Shown: positions 1 to 14,215, counted from the stretch's first letter. The stretch is 64,000 nt of DNA from Eledone cirrhosa (GCA_964016885.1 OZ024754.1:8742001-8806000); one strand, 5' to 3'. Notes: generated by a model not told the origin, from the letters alone. A program made the numbers and translations.

Positions 1-157
1 GCCATGCTTTGACACAGAGTTACGGCCCTTGCCATTCTGAGTTCAAATCCCATCGAGGTTAACTTTGCCTTTCATTGTTACGGGGGTCGATAAAATAAAG
101 TACCAGTAATACACTGGTATAATTGCTGGCCTTGTGCCTATTGTAGAAACAATTAGT
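1..157 (+). mobile_element. tRNA-derived SINE family A (Meta-like central domain), 5' part outside window
   Basis: B box gagttcaaatccc, core ttgcctttcat...ggggtcgataaaataaagtaccag, tail gctggccttgtgccta...gaaacaatta. More than 25 full or partial copies in the window. Confidence 0.85.
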
Positions 158-321
158 TATGTTGATACACGGAACAAAGGCAGTACCCCAGGTTTCAAGG
201 CCCAAATCTGACCATACCTCCAGAATACAAGAGGCATCATATTAGAGACATTTCTTCAGGTGTGTGTAGTGGATTGGCCACACATTGGCTCACAGCACAT
301 TACCTTACTAACCAACTCTTT

Positions 322-1230
322 GAGGTGGTAGTGGTGCTGGTGGTGGAGAGAGTAATGGTTGTGATGAAAGTGTTGGGTTGGTAGCAGTGAGAATAGTGGT
401 GGTGGTGGCTGGTGGTGGTGGTGGTGATTGATGGTGGCTGGTGGTGGTGGTGATTGATGGTGGCTGGTGGTGGTGGTGATTGATGGTGGCTGGTGGTGGT
501 GGTGATTGATGGTGGCTGGTGGTGGTGGTGATTGGTGGTGGCTGGTGGTGGTGGTGATTGGTGGTGGCTGGTGGTGGTGGTGATTGGTGGTGGCTGGTGG
601 TAGTGCTGGTGGAGAGAGTAATGGTTGTGATGAAAGTGTTGGGTTGGTAGTAGTGAGAATAGTGGTGGTGGTGGTGGTGATTGATGGTGGCTGGTGGTAG
701 TGCTGGTGGAGAGAGTAATGGTTGTGATGAAAGTGTTGGGTTGGTAGCAGTGAGAATAGTGGTGGTGGTGGTGGTGGTGGCTGGTGGTGGTGATGGTGGT
801 GACTAGTGGTGCTGGTGATTGGTGGTGGTGGTGGTGGCAATGGTGACAATGATGGTGGTGGTGATGGTGGTGACTAGTGGTATTGGTGGTGGTGGTGGTG
901 ATGGTGGTGATTAGTGGTGGTGGTAGTGACAATGGTGACAGGTGGTGGTGGTGACTGGTAGTGGTGGTGGTGGTGGTAGTGACAATGGTGGCTGGTAGTG
1001 GTGATTGGTGGTGGTGGTGGCTGGTAGTGGTGACTGGTGGTGGTGGTGGTGGTGGTGGTGGTGGTGGCTGGTAGTGGTGACTGGTGGTGGTGGTGACTGG
1101 TGGTGGTGGTGGCTGGTAGTGGTGACTGGTGGTGGTGGTGGTGGTGGTGGTGGTGGTGGCTGGTAGTGGTGACAGTGGTGGCTGGTAGTGGTAGTGGTGG
1201 CAGTGGTGACTGGTGGTGGTGGTGGTTGAT
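322..1230. repeat. Degenerate (TGG)n array with a thrice-repeated ~65-bp higher-order unit
   Basis: ggagagagtaatggttgtgatgaaagtgttgggttggtag occurs three times. Confidence 0.95.
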
Positions 1231-1361
1231 AATGGCCATAGGGTTTTAAAAATCTGTTGCTTTCACAGGCGGATTATTAGGAATAATTATTATAAAGTAA
1301 ATTTTTCTCCATTGTTTAGCAAAAATGATTTGAATTAATCTAGCGTCAGATGAATTTAATA

Positions 1362-1899
1362 TGTGTGTGATTCTGCCACTATCTGTATATCTGTAGTATG
1401 TGTGAGTGTGTGTGTGTGCATCTGTGCGTGTGTATGCGTGTTTATGTCAATATATCTGTATGTATGTGTGAGTGTGTGTGTGCATCTGTGCGTGTGTATG
1501 TCAATATATCTGTATGTATGTGTGAGTGTGTGTGTGTGCATCTGTGCATGTGTATGCGTGTTTATGTCAATATATCTGTATGTATGTGTGAGTGTGTGTG
1601 TGCATCTGTGCGTGTGTATGCGTGTTTATGTCAATATATCTGTATGTATGTGTGAGTGTGTGTGTGTGTGCATCTGTATGTGTTTATGTGAATATCTGTA
1701 TGTTTGAGGTGTGTGTTTGTGTAAATATATGTGTATGTATGTATGTATGTATGTATGTATGTGTCTGAGTGCCTATATGTTATCATCAACACTGAATATA
1801 AAATCTTTCTCTTTGTATATATTTTTCTCACCTCCACATTCTCCCATTGATTGATTGATTGATACATACATACATACATACATACATACATACATACAT

Positions 1900-1956
<57 letters not shown>
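1362..1956. repeat. (TG)-rich minisatellite plus (TATG)n, (TACA)n and (CA)n microsatellites
   Basis: Unit tgtcaatatatctgtatgtatgtgtgagtgtg...catctgtgc. Confidence 0.95.
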
Positions 1957-1957
<1 letters not shown>

Positions 1958-2873
1958 CTACGTGCCATTTATCTCAGCCATTCCTTAAGTTTGGTTTATT
2001 AAACCCAAGATATTCTGGCCTCTCTTACTACCTTGCTCACCAACCAAAATTATTCCTGCTGCAATGCAACAAATGGAAACATTCCTGAATTCCAAAACCT
2101 GTGTCTTTATATTCTACATGACTAAATTTTCCATTATTAGTTGCTATGATTAAGAAAACGGTCACTAATCACTGATCAACTGCCGTCTTATTACTAGTCA
2201 TACATCTGAGACACGGTTCTGAGACAGACAAATCACATTTTCTAGACTATTACTCACAACATACTATCAATACACTTCCTAAATATTAGTAATGCATTCT
2301 CAGTTCGAAATATTTTAGTTTTTTAGTATAACAACACTTTATATATGTGTGTGCATGTGAAAAAAAATATATACATATTTTGAAAATCAATATGAAAAAG
2401 AATTTCTGGTCATTAAATTTCTTCTGTAAAGTCTGGGAATTTTAACCCATTTGTTACCATATTTCTAATAAAAGACACTCTTGTTCTTTCAATGGCACCA
2501 GTCATTTGACTGTAGCCATGCTGGCAATTGCCTTAAAAGGATTTTAGTCAACTCTATTTTTTTTTTTGTTCAAGTCTGGTGCTTATTTTATTGCTATCGT
2601 TTTATCGACCCACTAAGTTACATACAGCACATAAACAAACAGCAAACTTAATTACACACACACACACACACACACACCATACATATATGACAGGCTTCTA
2701 CACAGTTTCTGACTACCAAAGCTCCAAGGCACAGGCATTGGTCAACCTAAGGCCATTGGAGAAGAAACTTGCCTAAAGTGCTTTGCAATTGAATTGAAAT
2801 GAAAATCACGTGGCTGTGAAGTGGACACCCCTTAACCTCATTGCCATACCTGACTATATTTTACATGCAGTAC

Positions 2874-2912
<39 letters not shown>

Positions 2913-2941
2913 CAACGTTTAAATGTAGATGGATAGATTGC

Positions 2942-3154
2942 TTAACTCTTTAGCATTTACATTACTCTATATTTACTATTGTATTTTCATGGTAAAGGCT
3001 TTACCTCACATGTTGAATCTATGAGATTTTGATATTATCTAATTTGAGAACAATACACTAACGTCAGTATGAACAGCCAGCTACAGGCAGTTTGAACAGA
3101 AAGAGGTGAGGGGACTCTGGTCGGATATTGCTGGCTTAAATGCTAAAGGGTTAA
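2942..3154. mobile_element. TTAA-ended MITE family 1 (piggyBac-like)
   Basis: Family ends TTAACCCTTTAGCATTTA / TAAATGCTAAAGGGTTAA, about 210-250 bp, about 10 copies in the window. Confidence 0.85.
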
Positions 3155-5263
3155 CCCAATGCAAAAACTTTTTTTTTACAGAAGTCTGGCATCACTAAGT
3201 TCAGCAAGAGAGTCATGCAAAACATAAAGAAGTCTTCCAGGAACCAACAATACAAAATTGTTCAAGCTGCATAGACCATTACTATGTCTGGTCTCTGGTG
3301 GTTGAATGAAGGAATGAATAAATTAAAGGGTAGGGAAAAAAAAAGTGAGAGAAGTCTATTAAATTAGTTGAACTATAAATCAATATTCCATGTGTTCAGA
3401 TGGATATAACGAGATATTAATGATAGGAAGTATAAAGCTATTTACGCCATGCATCAATGTTCAAATGATATGAACGACAAAATATCAATGAGATATTGAT
3501 TTAAGAAATAGTGTTAGTTCTTCAGATATTTTAAAGCTATGGCTATTTAATCTCATACACTAGCCTTGTGCCATTTCTAAATTTCAAGTGGCTTTTCACG
3601 ACATTGCTACATCATCATTTAAAGCTAGCAACGGTTGGAAGGGTAGGAAGACTCCATCTTGCTTACATATGGTTCTGTGCTCTACCGAGTGTATTTTATT
3701 GTGGCACCAGTACTAGGTGTGGAGGCGTGTGGCCTAGTTGACCCAAGTCTTGAATAAAATTGTGTAGGCATGAACTGTATGGAAGCCCATTGCATGGATT
3801 GTACTAGTAATTCAAAGGGTTAGCTTTATCACAGAGAACTAAATTAAGTGTACACGTCAGTAGAATGCTCAGCCACTTACACATGAATTCATGAGTCGGA
3901 TGTTCAACTGATTAAACACACAAATTCTCTGCATTGAAACTGAGGGAAAAACAATAGCATGCCAGTTCTTGAAGGGTTACATAGTAAAAGACATTACCAA
4001 GAAGATATTTGCTATTTACTATTAGACAAGACACCATAAGCATAGAGTTTCAAAGAGAAAGAAAACAAACAGGTCCATTGTTGATGTTTATCATTTATAA
4101 ATTACTTCTGATAAACCAACAACATCAGTGAAACAGTAAACAGTTGTCATAAACAACATATATTATGTTGACTCTCTACAATATGTGACCATAATTCAGT
4201 GTATGTTTAGTGTGTTTATCACACAATTCTATAAAAACAAGCATTTATCCTTTATAAATCTTCATAGATACTTCCTCATATGAAAATAATTTCACCCCTT
4301 TGTTATATTTCTCTGCTTATAATTTTCAAATAATTTTCAAAATAATGGAGAGTTTGGAAATATTTAGTAATATAACCTAATAAATAAGTTGATATTTGGA
4401 ATATAGCAAAAGATTATATGGTGGTAGGGTAGGATTTTAGATTTTAGATAAATATAAATGTTTTAAAATAAACAGATCTTTTGTTTCTTCCACAGAACCA
4501 GAGACAGTTTCAAGATGGTTTGGTATGGGAAGGGTTAACCATTAGAATAGAAGGGAGGGAGGGAGGAGATGATTCGTTGTGGTTGGAGTGGAATGATAAG
4601 GGAGAAGAAGGAAGAGGAGAGAAACCAGAGCCGGTTCCAAGGTGGTTTGGTATGAAAAGAGTTAACCATGTGAGAGAAGGGGTGGTGGTGATTTGATGTG
4701 GAATGGGTAAAGAAGGAGGAGGAGGAGGAAGAGAAATAGATATGCCGCTGTTGTGGAATTATTCAGCAGTGCGGCTGGTGAGTATTAGCCAATGTCGATA
4801 CCGTAGAGTTGACGAAGCAGAAATCTGCAGTGAATTGTTGCATTGGATGACATTCCTTTTGTCATGTGTCATCATCAGTTGCATGTTTCATTATTGTCAC
4901 CTTGTTTACCATTTCTATTGCCATGTAGTTGTCAGAAGAGGATGACAGGGGGAAGTTAGCTGTTGATGGTGTAGAGGGTGGGTATTTGTGAGTCAGAAGA
5001 GGGCTGCATGGGTGGGGGTCAGGGTTTCTAGGGAAGACATGAAACATACAGGGAATGAATGAATTAGGGATAGAGGGTAAGGAGAACAGACTGAGAAGAG
5101 CATCAAGTGAAAGAAAGGAAGAAGGGGAGAGATGTGTTATAAGGGAAATTGTGAGGGAGACAGAGGGAGAGTATGAGGGAGAAGAAAGATACTCTGAGAA
5201 GTGGTAGTGAAATAGAACGAAGTATATATAGTGAGAAGTATATAGATAAAGAGAGAAAGTGAG

Positions 5264-5333
<70 letters not shown>

Positions 5334-7260
5334 TGAAGAGATATGACTAAGGTCTAGAAGTAAACATTTCATCTATAATATAATTACTTCAACAGGAGAG
5401 TGTAATTAAATCTATTATATTAAATATGTGTTGTATCTGGTCTAAAATAAGTTCACCATATCCCTGAATATAATGTGTTGTATTTGGTTTAGAATAGGTC
5501 CACTGTATCCCTGCATGTTGTCAGAGGAAACTAAAAGGGTTGGCATCAGAAAGGGCATCAAACCATAAAACATTGCCTCATAAAGGGTCCCATGATTAGT
5601 ATGAAGCCTGTCATGGGGGTCGTACAAGGATAACCCTTGGCTTTAGCAATGTAAATAGTCTTAAAACGTTTGTTGTATTGAGTACAGGAATAGTATTTTT
5701 AATGAAATAATGTAAACAACAAAATCCAGCAAACTTCTCCCATACACACATAGCCTCATAGCCTGACAGACAGAAGAGGGGGGGGGGGGGTTGTGTTCAT
5801 ACCTTCTACAAAGGAATTATTACTAAGACATGTTGATAAACTGTCATGCTAAATGATGTTGAAGTCGTGCTTTAAGTGTCAACGTTCTATTCCACATGAA
5901 ACCATGTTAGTAAAACATTCTTGGAAACTATAAAACAACACCATGGCTGCATCACATTGAAAATTAGCTTTTAGTCTAATACTGCAAAATTTAACAACAA
6001 CCTGTCCACACATAAATATACTATAAACATTTGAAGTAAACCTATTTTTAGATACTTTCTGCTAAAATATTACAAGATGTTAAAAAAAATCATGGAATAA
6101 CCAAGGTGAATAAGAAAGAAAGTGCTAGAACAGATGTTTACATCAATTGCTGTGTGTTTACATTAAACACAGCCAACCCAATCTTTATTTGATGATTCAA
6201 TTACTACTTCTAACAAATAAATTATATTAGAGAATCTGCTTTTCTTTTTTCCACCTTGTTTTGTCCCGACACCTGAAGCTATAAGCTTCAAAGAATTCTC
6301 GAAAGAGTAAATAAAAGCATATTTTTTTTGTAATTACCGTGACCTTCACCAGCCTTTAACTAATCCTTGACTCTCACCTCCATCATTAATACTTTCCATA
6401 CAAAACTACCTGGAGCTACTTAATAATGAGAAAGTTAATTATATCTCTATATCCTTCTAATTTCTTGATTATTCCGAAAATTATTCGAAAATCATAGATA
6501 ATGTCTTTCATTAGAAATATAGTCATGAAAAGATTAATAATTCTATTACTACATCTAACAAATACATTACATAGAATATTTTTTTTGCTTTTGTTTCAAC
6601 CTTGTTTTTTGCCCCAACATCTAAAGCCTTCAACTCTTTTGTCAACATTTTTTCTGACACAACACACTACCTATGGTTTTCAAATAATTTTGAAAACAAA
6701 GAAAAAAAAAAAATAATTTGAAGGAATTTAGTAATATAACTTTCACATTACTCGACAAACGTTTTTAAATAACATTATGATAGAAAGCTTTTAGATAAAT
6801 ATAAACATTTTTAAATAAACAGCTCTCTGTAGAAACAGTGGCAGTGTTTCAGGTAGTTTGGCATCAAAAGGTTTAACATTCAAAAGACTTCAAACAATTT
6901 ATGGAATAGTAGATAAAAGCTTTATTTTTTTAAAGCAATTGTTTAAAAAAGGAGCAGCCACCATGATCTTCACAGGTCTTAATCTAATCTTTCACACAAC
7001 CCTTGTAATTTTATCACCTTGTAATTTTATCCTTTCATTGAGTGTTTCTATGCAGTGAAAGTTGCTTGCAGTTTTTCTTGTTTCACAAATCATTTTTTTT
7101 TTTTTTAATATATTTTAGGCACAAGGCCAGCAATTATCACCAGTACATTACTGGTACTTTATTTTATCGACCCCGTAAGGATGAAAGGCAAAAAATAATA
7201 ATACCAAGGCTTTGTTATTGTAGTTATGAATTGTTTTGGGGAAAGCCAATACAAAGTAAG

Positions 7261-7447
7261 TTAATTCTCTAGCATTTACATTACTCTATATTTACCTCAC
7301 ATAATATTGAATCTATGAAATTTTGATATTATTTATTTTGAGAACAATACTTTAACATAAGTATGAGTGGCCAGTTATGGCCCATTTAAACAGAAAGAGG
7401 TGAGAGAATTTTGGCCGGATACAGCCGGTTTAAATGCTAAAGGTTTA
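7261..7447. mobile_element. TTAA MITE family 1 copy
   Basis: Same internal sequence (atctatgaaattttgatattatttattttgagaacaatac) and degenerate TIRs. Confidence 0.8.
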
Positions 7448-8246
7448 GAACCCCCTCAGTTAATTGCTGGTACTCATTTTCAGCGAAGTATACTGAAGCA
7501 ACATGAAATGAAGTGATTTGCTCAAGAACACAACACACAACCCAGTCCAGGAATGAAACCCACAACATTATGTTCGTAAGTTCAACACCCTTACCACGAG
7601 GCCATGAGCCTCCAAATTTCTTATTGAAGTGAGAGACAATATAACAGAATAGAGAAATGACACTGTCGATTGTGTTGACAAAAACTGAAAATAGAATCTC
7701 AACTGAAATCCTGTTGACATATTCGTTTCCTTCCTGAGTCAAACATTCTCTGTTAAGACATTATTTCTAGTGTCAGGCGATCCCATTGAACTTGTTTACA
7801 TCAACTCCACTTATTGTTAACCTCTACTTTCATCTGCCTGTTGGAAAATGATAAAAACTTATAAAACCCAACCAGGATAGAATATGTTGCAACCTGCAAC
7901 CTTCTACTTTGATGGGATTGTTCTGTGTTGCCACAATTCTTAGACTAACACATTTCAGCAATTCCTCCATTACCAGTAACTCTTAACATTCTGTTCTACA
8001 TGAAACAGCATTAATTAGCAAGACATTCTTGAAAAGTACAAGACAGTAGTAAGGGCCGAAACACACTTGTGTGAGAGTGTGTTGGGGGTAGTTTCACTGA
8101 AGACCTGATGCTGTCCAGCTCTCATAAGAGTTTCTTACCAATGCATCACATGAAAAATTGAAGCATTTATTCTAATAATGCAAATTTTTACAATGATTTG
8201 TCCAGTGGTAAAGATACTATAAACATTTGAATTAATAAACCCTTAA

Positions 8247-8286
<40 letters not shown>

Positions 8287-8434
8287 TTTAGTCTTCAAAT
8301 TTATTATTATTACTATATATATATACATATATATAAATATATATATATATTAAACTTAAGCCAAAATCTCAATTTGGGGTGGGTGGGGTATATAAGCTAG
8401 ATCGCCTAAAATAAGTCAGTTTTACTTATATAGT

Positions 8435-8534
8435 TCCTTGACCGTGGTTTCTGGAACTCAAGAAACAACATCAGTTATTCCAAGATATTGGAATAACTAA
8501 TATTGGAAGAAATTCAGGTCCTTCGTCAGGAGGA
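8435..8534 (-). ncRNA. Type I hammerhead ribozyme with extended stem II
   Basis: UCCUC-CUGACGA-A-GGA...UCC-A-GAAAC-CACG-GUC^AAGGA. Internal 11-bp hairpin AGUUAUUCCAA/UUGGAAUAACU in loop II. One mismatch at the base of stem I. Element lies between (TA)n tracts. Confidence 0.65.
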
Positions 8535-8692
8535 GAATTCTTATTTAGGAATAAAGGGACAAGTTGAATACATATACATACTCTGAATAGGTAATATATT
8601 AATATATCTTATCCCTTCATTGAGATGTTTATGTCTTAGAAACAGTTAACTTTATAAAGTTATAAATTAATATATATATATATATATATATA

Positions 8693-9023
8693 TAGTGGTT
8701 AGAGCATTGGCCTTGCAATCGAAAGGTTGTGAGTTCAATTCTCAGACCGGGTGATGTGTTGTTTCCTTGAGCAAGACACTTTATTTCACATTGCTCCAGT
8801 TTACTCAGCTGTAGAAATGAGATGATAGGGACTGGGGTCCCTATCATTCCACTGCAAAGTGGTCGTGTAGGTGCCACGGAAACAAAAGCACCCAGCACTC
8901 ACTGTAAATGAGGTTGGTGTTAGGAAGGGCATCCAGCTGTAGAAATCAAGCCAGAATCAGTTCCCGTCCCACCCTTGCAAGCAGGGAAAAGCGGACGTAA
9001 AAAAATGATGATGAAGATGATGA

Positions 9024-9026
<3 letters not shown>
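8693..9026 (+). mobile_element. tRNA/CORE-type SINE with hairpin insert and RTE-derived tail
   Basis: tagtggttagagc...gagttcaattc head, ccttgagcaagacactttatttcac CORE-like domain, atgatagggactggggtccctatcat hairpin, tail shared with RTE 39415-39562. Confidence 0.85.
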
Positions 9027-9077
<51 letters not shown>

Positions 9078-9456
9078 GTGAGTTTTGTCTAAATATGTGA
9101 TATATAGTTAGGTGTCTGGAAAAAACAGGTGACCTAAGAGAATGTCTTTCTTGGTTATTATATATGTGGGCAAAGAGCCAGGAGATGAAGTCCTGGGTGT
9201 TTGGTGTATCACAGTACCAGTTTGCTTTACCAGGGAAGAAACAAAACAGCAATAAGAGAGGAGTGTTTCAATAAACAAACAAGATTTAGTAGATTTAGAA
9301 GAGACACACACATACATAACATACATTCACAGCCAGAGTTTTACATGTATATATAATGTTTGTATATTTTCCACCTCTCTCAGCTGGTTTGGCATATAGG
9401 TAGAACTGGTTGTCTCAAATTGCAATGTGTGAAACAAATAAGGAAACAGCTCCGTG

Positions 9457-9499
<43 letters not shown>

Positions 9500-9619
9500 G
9501 CTGTTTATTTTGATTGTAGAAACAGCAGCTATGCTTTACCTCAGTGCGTTTATTATATTACATAAAGACTGGAAGCAAATGTAGTGTCTTGAGATTACCA
9601 ATGATTCATGTTCTCTATA

Positions 9620-9687
<68 letters not shown>

Positions 9688-10013
9688 CACACAACACCTT
9701 TCTAGAAGAGGAAAACTCTGAGGCTTTGGAAGCATTCGATGATGTTGACCAGTTCTCCTTTTCGGGTAGTGTTTTTGATGCTCAGAGAGTGGGATTAGTC
9801 GAGGGCAAGGCCTTTCCCCTCTTAAAAAAGCTTCAAAGCACAGGCATTGCTTGTTCGGGATGTGTTACAGGTTCGCGTGGCTGGCCATACCCTAAAAGTG
9901 CACCGTAGGTCCTGAGTTAAGTGGGAGGGGAGTAACCACAGTAAATAAGCTACTCAATACATGTGTAGAGTGAAGACAGAAGTTTGATGATTTCTATATA
10001 AACATACACACAT

Positions 10014-10231
10014 CATCATCATTTCATCATTTCATTTTACGTCCGCTTTTCCCTGCTTGCAAGGGTGGGATGGGAACTGATTCTGGCTTGGTTTCTACAG
10101 CTGGATGCCCTTCCTAACACCAACCTCATTTACAGTGAGTGCTGGGTGCTTTTTTGCCGTGGCACCTGCACGACCACTTTGCAGTGGAATGATAGGGATG
10201 GGACCCCAGTCCCTATCATTTCATTTCTACA
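10014..10231 (-). mobile_element. 3' half of the same composite SINE, inverted
   Basis: Reverse complement of about 8810-9020. Confidence 0.85.
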
Positions 10232-11261
10232 AATCAGATATAGTAAAGTATCTAGTCTGACTGGATTGATAGTTTATTATTTATAGATTCCGAAATGATG
10301 AAAGTCAAAGTTGTCTTCAGTGGGATTTGAAGTCAGAGCACAGTGAGGCAAAACAAACATCACAAGGAATTCAATGACAGTCAATTTACCTTTAGTGTAA
10401 ATAGCATCACAATGAGAGAGTTACATTACTACACACACACACACATAAACGCACATTCATACATACAAATGTATAGATATGCACACACTCATGTATATAC
10501 ATGCAGAGACAAACATGTAAAACACATGCACACACACACACAAACATGTATACAAAGACACTCACAAACATGTATACACACAGACACACAAATAAACATA
10601 TACACACACAAACATGTATATACACACACAAACAAACATGTATACACACAAACAAACATATACACACAAACACTTCTTACAAGGTTTGTGTCAAGGACAC
10701 AACTTTGAATTATTGTAACCATATATTGTCTATTTCAATTTTGTTTTCATCACAAAGAACACAAAATAGAAATAAAAAGAAATGTCTTTTCTAAATTAAA
10801 GGAATTATTTGAACATTTTGTTGTTCTTTTGTTTGTTTGTCAACAGTATCTTTTATACAGTAATTATTATACATCTGTGATGTCAATGTTTATAGCAAGA
10901 CAGCTTGAAGAATAAAGAACAACAAACAAAGAAACCCCTCCAGCTTCAATTTCCACTGACGTAACAAAAGCATGAAAGAATTCAAAGAAGCCCTGAAATA
11001 TTTGTTGCTATCAGATATTAAGAAAACACCACCATACTCTGAAGCTAATAAAATATTAGTACGTCATTACAATATTAGAAAATTGCCATGTCATATATAT
11101 CATTATCATTGTTTAATTAACGACTATTTTTCCACGCTAGCATGGGTTAGATGAGTTATCCTGTTGTGAGGAGCAATGCTAGGTCAGGTGACTATGTCTT
11201 GCTCATACAGAACTGATTTTGGCTTTGTTTCTCTAACTGGATGCCCTTCATAGCACCAACC

Positions 11262-11499
11262 TCATTTACAGTGATTACTGGGTGCTTTCTGTCGTGACAC
11301 CTACATGACTTACTTTACAGTGTGGACTGGGTGCTTTTTGTCGTGATACCTATATGACCACTTTACAGTGTGGACTGGGTGCTTTCTGTCGTGATACCTA
11401 TATGACTTACTTTACAGTGTGGACTGGGTGCTTTTTGTCGTGATACCTATATGACCACTTTACAGTGTGGGCTGGGTGCTTTTTGTCCTGACACCTACA

Positions 11500-11500
<1 letters not shown>
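11262..11500. repeat. ~45-bp tandem expansion inside an RTE-tail SINE
   Basis: tttacagtgtggactgggtgcttt(c/t)tgtcgtgatacctatatgac about 5 times. Confidence 0.9.
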
Positions 11501-11545
<45 letters not shown>

Positions 11546-12289
11546 CACACACCAAGACTGCGAATTGGCTGATTCGTTAGAACATCAGATAGAATGCTCT
11601 GCAGTATTCATTTTGGCTCTTTACTCTCTGAGTTCAAATCCTACAGATGTCAACTTTGCCTTTCATCTTATATTATACACATATCTAAGGATCTTGAGCA
11701 GTACTTTATTTTATCAACTGTGGAAGGATGAAAGGCAAAGTTGACCTCAGCAGAATTTGAACTCCAGAATATAGAGCTGAAACAAATATTGCTGTAATAA
11801 CAATTCTACCCATGTGTGGCTCCTTGCCAATCCCACATCAGAGTATAGTTAAATAAATAGCAAGGAAATTTACATTGCTAAATAATTCATTAATTGTTAC
11901 AGCATTTATTATGATAGAAAAACTAAAATGATGGTAAATGCTAAATATTAATGACATACGCAGTGTTGCACAACACATTCTTTATTAATTACATTAAAAT
12001 TCTTTAATGAGGTATACTTTATATATCATTTTGAAATGTCACAAATAAATCAGGAATTATTGAATTAGGTAAGAAGAGTAATTTTCACAGAATATCGAAT
12101 ATTTTCTGTGAAAAAACTCACCACCATCATCTCTAACGACAATGATGATGACACCACTGCCACAAACATTATGTTTATTTTCCCACATTTAGATGGGCTG
12201 GACGAGACCTTTTGAGGCAGGTTTTTTTAAACCCATACCTTATTTTAAGTATGGTGTATGTATATGTATATATAATTGTTTCTTCTTTT

Positions 12290-12453
12290 GGCCAGCAATT
12301 ATAATCAGTGCATTACTGGTACTTTTATTTTATCGACCCCGTAAGGATGAAAGGCAAAGTTAACCTCGGCGGGATTTGAACTCAGACCGTAAAGGGCCGT
12401 AACTATGCTGCAAAGCATGGCATCCGACCTTCTAATACTGCCAATCCACTGCC
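12290..12453 (-). mobile_element. SINE family A
   Basis: Near-complete copy with A/B boxes on the minus strand. Confidence 0.85.
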
Positions 12454-12525
12454 TTGTATGTATATAATGTCTTCCTGATATGTGTAGTAATTCTGTTGCG
12501 AGTTGCTTTTTTTTGTGTGTGTTGT

Positions 12526-12556
<31 letters not shown>

Positions 12557-13134
12557 GGGGCTGATGAAAAAATTGGTATGACCCCATTGGAGGGTTTTTT
12601 TTGAGGTTTTTGAGTATTGATTGATTTAACTATGTGTGTGTGTATCTGTGTGTGAGAATTTATGCGATTGTGCGTATGTCTGTCTGTTAATCTGTGTGCG
12701 AGAGAGTGCATAGTTTGTTTGTTTATTTGTGTGAAATAAATATTTTATCAGTTACTAAGTTAGTGAAACTACGAGCCCGGACTACTCTACTTACTATGAA
12801 TCATCATAGAATTTATCTATCAATGCCTCCTTTGATAACATATCTTGATACATCACACCACGTTTCTCTCACCATTGTTATCATCATCATCATTATTACT
12901 ATCTTCATTAGGGCAGTGCATTGGCAGTATCGGTAAAGCATCAGGCACCATGCTTCATGGCAGAAATTTATGGTCCTTTATGTTCTGATTTCAAATCTCG
13001 CCAAAGGGTCAATAAAATAATGGTTAGGATGTTGCACTCATGGCATAGTGGTTAGGATGCTGCACTCATCATCAGAAGGTCAAGAGTTCAATTCCTGAAT
13101 GAGACGTATTTTTGAGCAAGATGTTTCATTACAA

Positions 13135-13586
13135 GATAGGTCTGGGGGTCTCTATCATTAAAACACCTGAGAAACCTCCTATGAGATGCACCTTTGTAGG
13201 AGGCCAGCTTAACCTACATAGGTGTGGAGCGGAACTTTCATTTCTTCTCCCGAATCATATTTGAAATGAAAATGAATTTTCAGCTCACACCTATGTAACT
13301 TTATCTGGCCTCCTGCCATGTAGCATCTCAGAGGAGGTTCTTAAGTGATTTAACACTTCAGCATTTAAAAAGCTATATCAGGCCAGAATTTTCTCACCCT
13401 TTTCTGTTCAAACCAGCTGTAACAGGCCACTCATACTGATGTTAAGGTATTGTTCTCAGAATAAATAATATCAAAATCTCATAGATTTGATATTATGTAA
13501 GATAAAGCCTTTACTATGAAAATACAATAGTAAATATAGAGTAATGTAAATGCTAAAGGGTTAAAGATAGAGACCTCAGTCCTATC
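13135..13586. mobile_element. Foldback (long-TIR) MITE
   Basis: Arms of about 105 bp: gataggtctgggggtctctatcattaaaacacctgagaaacctcctatgagatgc... versus its reverse complement ending gatagagacctcagtcctatc. A solo right arm lies at about 20405-20535. Confidence 0.8.
13350..13564. mobile_element. TTAA MITE family 1 copy nested in a foldback element
   Basis: TTAA at both ends (13350-53, 13561-64). Interrupts the right arm of 13135-13586. Confidence 0.85.
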
Positions 13587-13965
13587 ACGAAAAGCAATGT
13601 CAAATGAAGCATTTAGTCAAGGAACTAAACACACAACCTTACAATTGTGAATCCAACACACTAACCACCAGGACACATTTGGAGGTGGTGGGGAGGTGAA
13701 GGAATATATTTTTGAGTATCTGTGATATAAATTGTTTTGTTTACTTCTATTTCTAAGAACAACATGTTGACTAAAATAGTAAAATAGGAAACGAAATGAC
13801 GGGAAAATACAAGAGAGGTTTCCTGGTATTTACAACTAATCCGACATTAGTATATTTTGTAGACGTGGTCGCTAGTTGGTTCTTAGAAAACAATAGTACA
13901 TGGCATTAAAAAACTATATATATATATACACACACACACACATATTTATATAAACACATATACAC

Positions 13966-14008
<43 letters not shown>

Positions 14009-14037
14009 TATTTATATATACACACATATATATATAT

Positions 14038-14068
<31 letters not shown>

Positions 14069-14155
14069 GAGAGAGATTATAGTAGTAATCAGTTTCCGTT
14101 AGTAGAATTTGTGTACCTGAAAGTCCTTCAATTGTGAAATCGGTGTATTCATGTC

Positions 14156-14215
<60 letters not shown>

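Noticed and set aside
256-1239. Long His/Pro/Thr-rich ORFs on the minus strand
   Set aside because: Translations of a (TGG)n array, open in several frames, with no splice or homology support.
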